Below are positions 47,159 through 56,570 of a stretch of 64,000 nt of DNA, in pieces (positions within the stretch are counted from its first letter, which is position 1; each line of letters begins with the position of its first letter). Location of the stretch: assembly GCA_965243595.1 (NCBI GenBank), contig OZ251569.1, positions 513,177 through 577,176 of the forward strand, written 5' to 3'. The position numbers and the translations under genes are program-made. The notes beneath the pieces are model-generated. The model saw only the letters and a list, made by a program, of their open reading frames with translations, ran no database searches and was not told the DNA's origin. This DNA comes from Thermodesulfobacteriota bacterium. Its GTDB lineage: Bacteria; Desulfobacterota_D; UBA1144; Nemesobacterales; Nemesobacteraceae.

Positions 47159-49006
47159 CTAAAGCCAGTCTTCTCCGCCGAAGATGTCGGTTTCCCCGTG
47201 AAACCCGGGTTCCGGGTCGCTGTTCCGAAATCCCCTGAACTGCAGGAGCCCCGAAATCGCGGACTTTATCTGCCTTCTCTCGGCCACCAGGTGAACGCCG
47301 CCGTTTTCGTCGTAGAACTCGGACGACATTATCTTCGGGTCCACCCCCCGCCCGCCGCTTGTGAGCTTCACCACCCTGTCTCCGGCAAACGCTATGGTCG
47401 CCTTTTTCTCCGCTATTATGAAGTCCCCCTGCACGGCGTAGCTTGCGAGCGCTCCCCCCGTGGTGGGATGTCCCAGGATGGAGATGTTGGGAAGACCGTG
47501 CTCCCGGAGTCTCATGAGCGCCTCTATGGTCTTGGCCATCTGGTAGAGCGCGACGGTTCCTTCCTGCATGCGCGCCCCCCCGCTCACCGTGACCGTTACG
47601 AGGGGAAGCCTGTGCTCTATGGCGTAGCTTACCGCCATGTTCATCTTCTCCCCGAAAACGCTGCTCATCGACCCGCCCATGAACCGGAAGTCGCAGACGG
47701 CCACCGCCACGGGCATTCCGAACATCGTGCCGTAGCCCGTGACCAGCGAGTCCTTCGAGTCCGTCTTGCCGGCGAGCTTCTGCCTCGAGGACGCGTAGTT
47801 GAAAAACTTGTACACGGGGTCTATGTCCTCCACGGCGAGCTCCGGCCTTATCTCGTGAAACGACTCCCCGTCGAGCAGGAAGTCGAGGTAGTCGTCGGAG
47901 CTCAGCGCCTCGGGCCTGTGGCAGTAGGGGCAGGAGGAGTTGTTCGCGTGAAGTTCCTCCCTGGTGAGCTGGCTCTTGCAGCCGGGGCGGATTATCTTTC
48001 CCTGGCCGTCCTTTTCGTCGTTGCAGAAATGGGGCTCGGAGCCGTAGATGGCTATCTGCATCTCCGATATGTCGTGGCTCTGCCTGCTTCCGCTGAAGTA
48101 GTTGGGAAGCCAGGCCTTTATCTTTTTCGATATGCCCTCGTAGATTCTCTGCTGCTTCTTCACCCGCCCGCACCTTCTTATCTTTTCCCGAAGCTCCTCT
48201 CCGAGACGCCTGGGGTCCGAGCTTTCAAGCTCCCGCGCGGCGGCCGCGAGCGACTTTCCGAGGGTTCTGAGCGTCTGGGTCATGTAGCCGGGCTTTCCGA
48301 GCGGGGCCTCCTTCACTATCTCGTCTATTATTCCGTAGCGCTTCATGTGGACGGCGGTGGGCTGGAGCACTTCGAGTGCCTCGGCCACCTTGTCCGCGCT
48401 TCGAAACAGAATCGCCGAGCACCCCTCGGCCGTTATGACGGAGTATTCGGCCCGCGAGAGCATGAGCCTCCTGTGCCCTAGCTGTATGGCTATGGCGCCG
48501 CCGCTTCCACCGAGTCCCAGGACCGTGGACACCGTCCTCGCGCGAAGCGAGATCATCTTCGACTGGCAGTAGGATATGAGCCACGACTGGAGCTTTTCGG
48601 CGGAGTACTCGTAGGGGTCTCCTCCCACGGTGTCGACGAACGTGAAGAGCGTGAGGCCGTTTCGCTCCGCGTAGTCCATCATGCACCACGAAAGCCCGTA
48701 CCCGTCGGCCTTCACCATTCCGTAGTTGAGCGCCGCCCTTTCGTTTTCGCCGGAAGGCGTCTGCTGGGCTATCACGGCCGCGAGCGTCCCCGTCGGCTTG
48801 AACCTCGCCGTTCCTACTATCACCGAGGGGTCGTTCACGAACTCTATCTTCTTTCCGGAAGGGGCGTGGAGGAAGTTTCGGAATCCCGAAAGCTCGTTCC
48901 ACGGGGTGAAGTCCGCGAAAAGGGCGCCCAGCACGTGCTTTGACTTCACGCGGTCGTAGGACTTGGCCTCTTCGTGGGCCTGGAGGATTTTGGGAGTCTT
49001 CGCCAT
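47159..49006 (-). CDS. accAD: Acetyl-CoA carboxylase carboxyltransferase, fused alpha (AccA) and beta (AccD) subunits
   Basis: The N-terminal half is AccA-like. The C-terminal half carries the AccD zinc finger 'C..C...CPYCH' and 'GGSMSSVFGEK...VSGGARMQEG'. The ATG at 49006 follows an Arg-rich upstream extension, which was rejected. Confidence 0.75.
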   Translation of the reverse strand: MAKTPKILQAHEEAKSYDRVKSKHVLGALFADFTPWNELSGFRNFLHAPSGKKIEFVNDPSVIVGTARFKPTGTLAAVIAQQTPSGENERAALNYGMVKADGYGLSWCMMDYAERNGLTLFTFVDTVGGDPYEYSAEKLQSWLISYCQSKMISLRARTVSTVLGLGGSGGAIAIQLGHRRLMLSRAEYSVITAEGCSAILFRSADKVAEALEVLQPTAVHMKRYGIIDEIVKEAPLGKPGYMTQTLRTLGKSLAAAARELESSDPRRLGEELREKIRRCGRVKKQQRIYEGISKKIKAWLPNYFSGSRQSHDISEMQIAIYGSEPHFCNDEKDGQGKIIRPGCKSQLTREELHANNSSCPYCHRPEALSSDDYLDFLLDGESFHEIRPELAVEDIDPVYKFFNYASSRQKLAGKTDSKDSLVTGYGTMFGMPVAVAVCDFRFMGGSMSSVFGEKMNMAVSYAIEHRLPLVTVTVSGGARMQEGTVALYQMAKTIEALMRLREHGLPNISILGHPTTGGALASYAVQGDFIIAEKKATIAFAGDRVVKLTSGGRGVDPKIMSSEFYDENGGVHLVAERRQIKSAISGLLQFRGFRNSDPEPGFHGETDIFGGEDWL

Positions 49007-49137
49007 TTCGGGTTCGGAGGGTCCGCGTCCGCGCGCTTTTCGGAATTCCGCGCGTCTCATGGAGTGTCGGCCCGTGCCGTGCCGTCTTTCCGCGGGGGAG
49101 GTTGCGCGTGCCTGGCGCGCGCTGGGTCTTCGCTTTC

Positions 49138-49461
49138 TTACGCCGTGAAAGACTGTCCGCAGCCGCACGAACCGGTCGCGTTGGGGTTTTCTATGGCGAA
49201 TCCCTTTCCGTTGAGACCGTCTTTGAAGTCGAGCACGGCTCCGTCGAGATAGGTGTAGCTCAGTTCGTCGATGGCGACCTGCACGCCCCCGGATTCGATC
49301 ATCCTGTCCGAGTCCTCGGTCTCGTCGTCGAATCCCATCTCGTATGAAAACCCGGAGCAGCCCCCGGGCACGATTCTCACCCGGAGAAACGCGTTTTTGA
49401 TGTCGTCCTCGGCAAGCAGTCTTTTTATTTCGTCTACGGCCTTGGGAGTTACGGAAAACAT
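49138..49461 (-). CDS. A-type iron-sulfur cluster carrier (IscA/ErpA/HesB family)
   Basis: 'RVRIVPGGCSGFSYEM' and C-terminal 'GSCGCGQSF'. Confidence 0.85.
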   Translation of the reverse strand: MFSVTPKAVDEIKRLLAEDDIKNAFLRVRIVPGGCSGFSYEMGFDDETEDSDRMIESGGVQVAIDELSYTYLDGAVLDFKDGLNGKGFAIENPNATGSCGCGQSFTA

Positions 49462-49577
49462 CCTTTCCCTGCCTCCTCGCTGTCGTTTTTCTTCCCCGTT
49501 CCCTCAAGGACTAAAATACAGTTCCGCCGGGGGATTGTCAAAGCTGTTGCCCGACGCCGCGGGTTTGCTGTATAGTC

Positions 49578-50714
49578 TTGCGCGTGAGCAGAACCGCCTA
49601 CCTCATAATCGATTCGAGCGAGGCCAACTCGGACCTCTACCACAGAACGGGATTTTTCGTTCCCGACCCCGTCATATTCTTCGAGCACGATGGAAAGACC
49701 ACCCTGGTGCTGAGCGACCTCGAGCTTGAAAGGGGCAGGCGCCGGGGGGCGGCCGACGAGATAGTCTCCTTCCCGCGGTGCGTCGCCGCGCTTCGCGAAA
49801 GGAAAAAGAGGTCTCCCTCGACGGCGGACGTGGCCGCGTTCGTTCTGCGGGAAAGGGGAATAAGGAGCCTCGTGGTCCAGAGGACCTTTCCGGTCCTCTA
49901 CGCGGACGCTCTCCGCGGGGCCGGATTTTCCGTAAGGGTCGCGAAGACGCATTTTCTTTTCGAGGACCGTCTGGTGAAAACCCCGCGGGAGGTCTCGCTC
50001 GTAAAAAAGGCTCTTTCCGCCACGGCGGCGGCGATGAGACGCGCGGTCTCGCTCGTTTCCTCCTCGACCCCGGAGGGCGGCCTGCTCCGTCTGGGCGGAA
50101 AACCTCTCACCTCCGAGACGGTGAGGTCCGAGATCGATTCCTTTCTCGCCGCCCGCGGCTACCTCGCCTCGAACACCATAGTGGCCGGAGGGGTCCAGGG
50201 CTCCATGCCCCACGAGAAGGGCTCGGGACCGCTTCGGGCCGGGTGGCCGATAGTGATAGACATATTTCCCCGCTCCCAGGAAAACGGCTACTTCGGCGAC
50301 ATGACGAGAACCGTGGTGAGGGGAGAGCCTTCGGCCGAGCTTCTGCGGATGTACGACGCGGTTCTCGGGGGACAGAAGACGGCCCTCTCGATGATAAGGG
50401 ACGGCGCGCGGTCAAGGGACGTGCACGCCGCGGTGGAGGAGTTTTTCTCCGGCAGGGGCTTCGAGACGGGGGTTTCGGATTCCGGCGAGCCGCGGGGGTT
50501 CATTCACTCCACCGGGCACGGCCTGGGCCTCGACATCCACGAGCCGCCGAGGATAGGTCCGGGAAAGGAGATTCTCAGGGAAGGAAACGTCGTCACGGTG
50601 GAGCCCGGGCTCTACTACGGGAGTCTCGGGGGAATTAGGATAGAGGACGTGGTGCTTGTTACCCGCGGGGGATGCGTGAATCTCACGAGGTGTTCCAAGA
50701 AATTCAGGGTTTAG
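49578..50714 (+). CDS. M24-family Xaa-Pro aminopeptidase/dipeptidase
   Basis: '[17 protein letters not shown]' and '[11 protein letters not shown]'. Confidence 0.8.
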   Translation: MRVSRTAYLIIDSSEANSDLYHRTGFFVPDPVIFFEHDGKTTLVLSDLELERGRRRGAADEIVSFPRCVAALRERKKRSPSTADVAAFVLRERGIRSLVVQRTFPVLYADALRGAGFSVRVAKTHFLFEDRLVKTPREVSLVKKALSATAAAMRRAVSLVSSSTPEGGLLRLGGKPLTSETVRSEIDSFLAARGYLASNTIVAGGVQGSMPHEKGSGPLRAGWPIVIDIFPRSQENGYFGDMTRTVVRGEPSAELLRMYDAVLGGQKTALSMIRDGARSRDVHAAVEEFFSGRGFETGVSDSGEPRGFIHSTGHGLGLDIHEPPRIGPGKEILREGNVVTVEPGLYYGSLGGIRIEDVVLVTRGGCVNLTRCSKKFRV

Positions 50715-50730
50715 GTCCGGGAGAAATTCG

Positions 50731-51507
50731 ATGGCGGAGAAAAAGACGTTCGAGGACGTGGTTTCTCTCTCGAGGAGACTTCGGGCTCCCGACGGGTGTC
50801 CGTGGGACAGGGAGCAGACGATGGAATCTCTCCGTCCCTACGTTCTCGAAGAGGCGTACGAGGTGATACAGGCCATAGAGAGCGGGGACGCGGCGAATCT
50901 CGTCGAGGAGCTCGGAGACTTTCTCTTCCAGGTCGTGTTCATTTCCCAGATAGCCCGCGAGGAGGGAAAGTTCGACGTGGGCGACGTCGTGGCGGAACTG
51001 TGCGACAAGCTCGTGAGAAGACATCCCCACGTGTTCGGGGAGAAAAAGGCGAAAAACGCGCGGGAAGCCGTCGACTCCTGGAATTCGCAGAAGAGGAAGG
51101 AAAACGGGGGAAAGTCCGCCCTCGGGGGGATTCCGAGGGCCATGCCTTCCCTGCTTCGGGCGCAGAGAATCGGGGAGAAGGCCGCCCGCGGGGGATTCGA
51201 CTGGCCCGGCGCCGCGGAGGTTCTTCGCAAGGTGAGAGAGGAGCTCTCGGAGCTTGAGCGGGAAATCGGGGCCGGAAACCGCGACGGGGCGCGGGAAGAG
51301 TGGGGCGACCTGGTTTTCTCCATGGTAAGCCTCGCGAGACACCTCGGCATCGACGCCGAAACCGCTTCCCACGAGGCCGCGGGCAAGTTCGCCGAGAGGT
51401 TCTCGCTGCTTGAAAAAGCGGTCGAAGAGCGAAGCGGGGACATGAACGACATGTCCGCAGAAGAACTCGACCGGATGTGGGAAGAGGCGAAAAAATCCCC
51501 GGCGTGA
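50731..51507 (+). CDS. mazG: Nucleoside triphosphate pyrophosphohydrolase MazG
   Basis: 'CPWDREQTMESLRPYVLEEAYEVIQAIE' and 'ELGDFLFQVVF'. Confidence 0.8.
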   Translation: MAEKKTFEDVVSLSRRLRAPDGCPWDREQTMESLRPYVLEEAYEVIQAIESGDAANLVEELGDFLFQVVFISQIAREEGKFDVGDVVAELCDKLVRRHPHVFGEKKAKNAREAVDSWNSQKRKENGGKSALGGIPRAMPSLLRAQRIGEKAARGGFDWPGAAEVLRKVREELSELEREIGAGNRDGAREEWGDLVFSMVSLARHLGIDAETASHEAAGKFAERFSLLEKAVEERSGDMNDMSAEELDRMWEEAKKSPA

Positions 51508-51653
51508 CGGCAGACAGGCGCTATTAGAAACTCCGACGCAGACCGATGTTCGCGGAATGAAAAGGCTTGGCAATTGAAAAACTACTCAACCTGATTCTCA
51601 TCTATTGACACTGCCCATTTATAAAGTAAAATTCAGCTAGGGAGTTTTTTACG

Positions 51654-52160
51654 ATGCAGGAAAGTATTTGCAGGGCGGCGCACGTTGCGAATTTCATCCT
51701 GAATAGAGCGGATGCGGAAGGGCGGAATATAAGCATTCTAAAACTGCTCAAGCTTGTCTACATATTTTTCGGCTGGACGAGTGCCTTTCATCCCGACCGC
51801 TACCTGTTTTCCGACCGCATAGAGGCTTGGCAGTACGGTCCCGTGATTCCCTCGCTTTATTACGAATTGCGCAAATTCGGCAGAGAGCCCATAAGGGGCA
51901 CCCGAGCGCTTGTTTACGACCCTTCCAAAGACGAATCTCCCAGAGTGGCCTTGGAAAACGATATCCATAAAGAAATACTGAAAACTCTGGAAACCATCTG
52001 GAATTCGTATAAAAACGCCCCGGCGGAACATATAGTCGCCCTGACGCATCAGGAAGGTACTCCGTGGCGAGAATTTTATGACAAGACGTATGGTAAAGAG
52101 ATTCCGAAAGATAGTATTCGCACTTATTATCAGAGACTGTACAAGAAGTTTGCAAACTGA
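51654..52160 (+). CDS. Panacea-domain (DUF4065) antitoxin-like protein
   Basis: 'ISILKLLKLVYIFFGWTSAFHPDRYLFSDRIEAWQYGPVIPSLYYELRKFG'. Low-GC patch. Confidence 0.75.
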   Translation: MQESICRAAHVANFILNRADAEGRNISILKLLKLVYIFFGWTSAFHPDRYLFSDRIEAWQYGPVIPSLYYELRKFGREPIRGTRALVYDPSKDESPRVALENDIHKEILKTLETIWNSYKNAPAEHIVALTHQEGTPWREFYDKTYGKEIPKDSIRTYYQRLYKKFAN

Positions 52161-52162
52161 CC

Positions 52163-52375
52163 GTGTCTCAAAAGAAAGAAGAATTGTTCGGCAAGATTCT
52201 GCAGGGGTTGCAGGAAGGGCGGAGCCAGCAAAATGAAGAGCACTATAGGGGTCTGGCTGAGCGTTACAGAGAAGAAACCGCTGGAATAAAGCAAGAAAGA
52301 GAATTACAGTGCGGTTTCAAGTATGAAGTGCAACAGGAGGGTCAATGCCGAAGAATAACTGATTCGGTGTTTTGA
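52163..52375 (+). pseudogene. Small ORF directly downstream of the Panacea gene, interrupted at codon ~49 by the IS30 left inverted repeat; candidate disrupted PanT toxin (N-terminal part)
   Basis: 3-nt spacing from the Panacea gene. The IS30 inverted repeat starts at 52309, inside the ORF. Confidence 0.35.
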
Positions 52376-53389
52376 AGCCAAGACCTCGTCTTGGTCTGTT
52401 GTTCAATCTCTCCGTAGCCTCCGCGGTCTGTTCTTTCGTAATGGAAGAGAAGTCGCTGCCCTTGGCGAAGTACTGGCGAAGCAGACCGATAGTGTTTTCG
52501 CACAGCCCACGGTCCCCCGAGCGGTAAGGACGAGCGAAGTAGAAATCGGCTTCGAGCTTCTGGGAAATCAGCTTGTGGCGAGCGAACTCCTTGCCGTTGT
52601 CCGAAGTTATCGAATGCACCGTGTCTTTGTAGGGAGTGAGCATTTCCACGACCGCCGCGGCAACGACATCGGAGTTTCTGGATTCGACCCTGGCAGCCAG
52701 GGTCAGGCGTGTTTTGCGCTCAACGAGAGTTACCAGGTGGGAGCCTTTCTCTCTGGAACCCGACACCGTATCCACTTCCCAATCTCCCACGCGCAGTTTC
52801 CGTTCCACTTCCTCGGGTCTTTGCTCTATGCTCACCCTGTCGGGCATATGTCCCCTGCCGTCGGAGCTTCCGTGAGGTTTCTTCTTCTTTCTCCCGCAGC
52901 GCAGATGCGTGTATAGGTTTCCTCCTCGCTCTCTGTCTTCCCATATATGATCGTAGAGGCGCTGGTGGCTTATGCGCAGGTCCAGATTCTTGCGAAACCA
53001 TCCGCAGACCTGTTGAGGGCTCCAGTCGTATCCGAGAAACAGCTGCGCGAAGCGCAGGAGAGGCTCGCTGATTCGTTTTCGGTTGTCTGCCCGACGTTCG
53101 TCGGCCCGACTCTGGGCTCGTTGGGCGCGATAGCGTTGGGCGCAGGAGTTTCGGCGCAGTTCTCTGCTGATGGTGGATTTATGAACCCCGAGGTTGTTGG
53201 AGATCTCGGTTTGTGAGAAGCCGGCTTTGATAAAGTGCTCTATCAGGTACCTTTGCTTCTCGGTAAGCTGCGTGTATCTGTTCATTGAAGTGCTCCTTTT
53301 ATTGTGGTGATAAAAAAGTGCTGTGAATGCTACCGCAGCTTGCCTTCTTTATCTATCACTCAAGTTGCACTTCACACTTGAAACCGCAC
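52309..53389 (-). mobile_element. IS30-family insertion sequence with 26-bp terminal inverted repeats
   Basis: Left inverted repeat gtgcggtttcaagtatgaagtgcaac (52309–52334). The right inverted repeat's reverse complement is gtgcggtttcaagtgtgaagtgcaac (53364–53389), a 25/26 match. One transposase gene lies inside. Confidence 0.85.
52317..53285 (-). CDS. IS30-family transposase
   Basis: N-terminal HTH 'LTEKQRYLIEHFIKAGFSQTEISNNLGVHKSTISRELRRN' and a DDE region 'DWEVDTV...TSDNGKEF'. 322 aa. Confidence 0.85.
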   Translation of the reverse strand: MNRYTQLTEKQRYLIEHFIKAGFSQTEISNNLGVHKSTISRELRRNSCAQRYRAQRAQSRADERRADNRKRISEPLLRFAQLFLGYDWSPQQVCGWFRKNLDLRISHQRLYDHIWEDRERGGNLYTHLRCGRKKKKPHGSSDGRGHMPDRVSIEQRPEEVERKLRVGDWEVDTVSGSREKGSHLVTLVERKTRLTLAARVESRNSDVVAAAVVEMLTPYKDTVHSITSDNGKEFARHKLISQKLEADFYFARPYRSGDRGLCENTIGLLRQYFAKGSDFSSITKEQTAEATERLNNRPRRGLGFKTPNQLFFGIDPPVALHT

Positions 53390-53583
53390 AGAAAGGAGTT
53401 GCGGGATGGGTGAAGTGGGTGGTCTCGCTCTGGCTTTTGTTTATAGCCCTTGTGGTGGTTTCCGTCGGAAGATCTTGGCTCAGCTATTCCGACGGCGTCC
53501 TAATGACTTTGCTTGCGACGACCACCGTCAACATCATAGGTCTGGCGTATTTCATGGCGAAGGGGCTTTTCCCGGGGAAGTAG
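53390..53583 (+). pseudogene. Two-transmembrane-helix ORF fragment right after the IS30 right inverted repeat; possible C-terminal half of the disrupted PanT candidate
   Basis: 'GWVKWVVSLWLLFIALVVVSVG...VLMTLLATTTVNIIGLAYFMAKGLF'. It has no start of its own outside IS-derived sequence. Confidence 0.3.
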
Positions 53584-53856
53584 CTTTCTTTGCTTGGTCT
53601 ACATCAACTCCCGTTTCAATGTCCTTTGCAAATACGGTCCATTGTAGCTGTGCGAGATTTGCTAAAGAAGCCGCGGCTTTTTTCGGAATGGGTTTGAGAA
53701 CGAAATTTCGCGAAAAGCGGACCAATTCCCGATTCCCAGATTGATTTTCCCCGTTCCGGCCTTTATAATTAACCGTGTGCTCACGGGCCGGACCGCCGGA
53801 CGGAAGCGTCCCTCCGTTCCCGGGCGGTCTTCATCAAGGAAAGGAGGTATGAGAAA

Positions 53857-54822
53857 TTGAAAAGACATTCTTTTGAAGCAATAGCCGGTTTCGCGCTCGG
53901 CGTCCTGTCGCTGGTTCTGCAGGCCGCCCCGGCGGCCGAGGCCGCGGAGCACGTCTCTGGAAAGAACGAAAACGGGTTCTACGTGGGTCTCGAGGCCGGA
54001 ATCTCGAAAGCCCGGAATTTCAGACTCGCGCAGTTCGCGGTCAATCACCCTACGCGCTGCGACACCCTGCTCTACTCCGATCCTTCCGACGCGCCCACCG
54101 ACGGCGCGTGCGCCGACAACTCTTCGGCCGCGCTAGTCGAGAACAAGTTCGCCCCGGGCGCGGGCTTCGTCGGCGCCGCCGCCGTGGGCTACGCTCTAGG
54201 CAATCTTCGTTTCGAGGCGGAGTACCTCAACCGCCGCCAGGGCCCCAGAAGCAAGCTCGTCAGTCTGGGCTCGGGCGGAAACGATCCTCTGGCGACCAAG
54301 CGCAACGAGTGGAGCGAGGTCGATCCGCCGTCGGAGAGCGTGAGCGACTTCAACGCGCAGCATTTTTTCCTCAACGCCTACTACGATTTCAGGAACGATT
54401 CGCCCTGGACGCCGTATCTCGGCGGGGGCGCGGGCTTCGGCCTCATAGACATGAGGTACAGGGCCCGGTTCACGCGCAAAACGGATCTCGGGACGGAGGA
54501 ATGGCAGCAGTCCGCCTCCGGCACCACGAGCGTAGTCGACACGAAGCTTCGGGGCACGCCTTTCGGTTTTCAGGCCATCGGAGGGGTCGACTACGACCTC
54601 ACCGAGCACACGTCGGTCGGCGTGAAGGTGCGCTGGACGCGTTTCCGCGGATTCAAGGACAACGGCAAGCTCTGGAGAACTCTTCGAAGCCACGCGCCCG
54701 TGCGCGCGGACGGCACGACGCCGTTTACGAGCGACTTCGACCTCGGAGCGGCGAGCAACTGGGCCTTTACCGTGGGCATAAAGTATTACTTCTGCAACCA
54801 CGGACATCCCGACCATACCTGA
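53857..54822 (+). CDS. Outer-membrane beta-barrel protein (OmpA/OmpW-like barrel)
   Basis: Signal peptide, then 'GFYVGLEAGIS' and alternating-hydrophobic beta-strands. C-terminal aromatic. Confidence 0.6.
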   Translation: MKRHSFEAIAGFALGVLSLVLQAAPAAEAAEHVSGKNENGFYVGLEAGISKARNFRLAQFAVNHPTRCDTLLYSDPSDAPTDGACADNSSAALVENKFAPGAGFVGAAAVGYALGNLRFEAEYLNRRQGPRSKLVSLGSGGNDPLATKRNEWSEVDPPSESVSDFNAQHFFLNAYYDFRNDSPWTPYLGGGAGFGLIDMRYRARFTRKTDLGTEEWQQSASGTTSVVDTKLRGTPFGFQAIGGVDYDLTEHTSVGVKVRWTRFRGFKDNGKLWRTLRSHAPVRADGTTPFTSDFDLGAASNWAFTVGIKYYFCNHGHPDHT

Positions 54823-54829
54823 CGCGCGT

Positions 54830-56032
54830 TCAGGAAAGCAGCCGGCCCATGAGCCTCCAGCCTTCCTCCTCGAACACGCCGGTGGACGCGGCGCATTCCT
54901 CGGTGTAGACGAGCGGGCTTTGCGAGTTCCCGCCGTCGGAGGAGTCGAGTATGGCGAAGGGAACGGGCTCGTTCACGTGGGTTCTCACGTCGACGGGCGT
55001 CGGGTGATCCGACATGACGAGAATCCTGTACTCGCCGAACTCCCTCATTCCCTCGAGCACCGGGCCGACCACCTTGGAGTCGAAGTCCTCGACCGCCCGT
55101 ACCTTGAGCCCCGCGTCTCCCACGTGTCCGGTCTCGTCGGTGGCCTCTATGTGTATCATCGCGAGGTCGACCCCGCGAAGCGACCCGAGGGCGTACTCGA
55201 CCTTCCCCTCGTAGTTGGTGTCGAGGTATCCCGTGGCCCCGGGAACGTCTAGCACCTCCATTCCCGCGAACTTTCCTATTCCCTTGACGAGGTCGACGGC
55301 CGACACGACCGACCCCGATATTCCGTAAAGCTCCCGAAGGGAGGGCATCTCGGGCCTGGTTCCCTGTCCCCAGAGCCATATCGAGTCCGCCGTGTTCTTT
55401 CCCGAGACCCTTCTTTTTTCGTTCACGGGATGGTCCGCGAGGACCTCCTGAGATTTCTCCATGAGGGCCGCGAGCTTTTCCGAACCGTCTCCCGAGGGAA
55501 GCCACGGTCCTATCTCGCTTCCCGGAATGTCGTGGGGCGGAGTGGTCCGGATGTCGGGATTTCCGCCCCGCCAGAGAAGAAGGTGCCTGTAGCTCACCCC
55601 CTGGCTCAGGGAGAACTCCTCGCAGTCGATTTCCTTCTTCAGGCTCGCTATCATCTCCCCCGCCTCGTCGTCCGTTATGTGTCCCGCGCTGTAGTCCTCG
55701 AGCAGCGTTCTTCCCCTTCTCCGCCTGAACGTGACGAGGTTGCAGCGCACGGCCACGTCCGTTTCCCCGAGAGAAATCCCCATGCTCGCCGCCTCGAGCG
55801 GGGAGCGGCCCGTGTAGTAGAGCGTGGGGTCGTAGCCCAGCACGGAGAGGTTTCCGACGTCGCTTCCCGGTGGAAGGGAGTCGGGAATGGTTTTGGCTGT
55901 TCCGAACACCCGCGCGTTTCGGGCCACGAAGTCGAGGTTCGGGGTTCGGGCGGCCTCGAGCGGAGTCTTTCCCCCGAGACTCCTGAGCTTGTGGTCGGGC
56001 ATGCCGTCGCCCTGAAGGATGACGTACTTCAC
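54830..56032 (-). CDS. apgM: Cofactor-independent phosphoglycerate mutase, archaeal-type (ApgM family)
   Basis: 'MKYVILQGDGMPD' N-terminus, a metalloenzyme-superfamily 'DETGHVGD' block and 'VMSDHPTPV'. 400 aa. Confidence 0.75.
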   Translation of the reverse strand: MKYVILQGDGMPDHKLRSLGGKTPLEAARTPNLDFVARNARVFGTAKTIPDSLPPGSDVGNLSVLGYDPTLYYTGRSPLEAASMGISLGETDVAVRCNLVTFRRRRGRTLLEDYSAGHITDDEAGEMIASLKKEIDCEEFSLSQGVSYRHLLLWRGGNPDIRTTPPHDIPGSEIGPWLPSGDGSEKLAALMEKSQEVLADHPVNEKRRVSGKNTADSIWLWGQGTRPEMPSLRELYGISGSVVSAVDLVKGIGKFAGMEVLDVPGATGYLDTNYEGKVEYALGSLRGVDLAMIHIEATDETGHVGDAGLKVRAVEDFDSKVVGPVLEGMREFGEYRILVMSDHPTPVDVRTHVNEPVPFAILDSSDGGNSQSPLVYTEECAASTGVFEEEGWRLMGRLLS

Positions 56033-56094
56033 GGGGAAAAGATGGTATACGCAAATCCGAAGGAATCAAGACCGGCGGCGGGGGGAGAGGCGGC

Positions 56095-56469
56095 TCACGA
56101 TATGTCGACCGCGTGCTTCTTGAGGTCCGCCATGTCGATCACGTCGAGGGCGGAGGCGTGGGTCGAGCGGAGAAACACCGGGGGAGCCGCGCCCGCCTCG
56201 AACGCCTCCTTCCAGCGAAGGGCGCAGAGACACCACCTGTCGCCCGCGGCGAGCCCCGGGAATCCGAACTCCGGCCTCGGGGTCGTGAGGTCGTTTCCCC
56301 GCGATTTCGAAAAGGCGAGAAACTCCTCGGTCATCTCCGCGCACACCAGATGCCTTCCCGGGTCCTCGGCCGAGTCGCGGCAGCAGCCGTCCCTGAAAAA
56401 CCCGGTCGCGGGCTCGGAGCCGCACTCCTCGAGAGCCTCTCCGAAAACGTTTCTCTCCCCGTCTTCCAT
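56095..56469 (-). CDS. DUF2237-family protein
   Basis: 'GFFRDGCCRDSAEDPGRHLVCAEMTEEFLAFSKSRGNDLTTP...GDRWCLCALRWKEA'. Confidence 0.7.
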   Translation of the reverse strand: MEDGERNVFGEALEECGSEPATGFFRDGCCRDSAEDPGRHLVCAEMTEEFLAFSKSRGNDLTTPRPEFGFPGLAAGDRWCLCALRWKEAFEAGAAPPVFLRSTHASALDVIDMADLKKHAVDIS

Positions 56470-56570
56470 CGTTTCTCCCCCGTCGTCCGCGACCTTCGCG
56501 GTCCGCGCGCCGGCACCATCATTATATACTTATTTCTCCGAGTCGAGTATATAATTTTCCCCGTCGTCCC

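Noticed and set aside
47159-49507. 782-aa version of accAD with an Arg-rich N-terminus
   Set aside because: The first 167 aa are R/G-rich junk overlapping iscA on the same strand. The AccA homology starts at the ATG at 49006.
52300-53395. Target-site duplication of the IS30 element
   Set aside because: The flanks read ...ttaca|IS|agaaag. Only a single 'a' is shared, so no confident 2–3-bp target-site duplication can be claimed.
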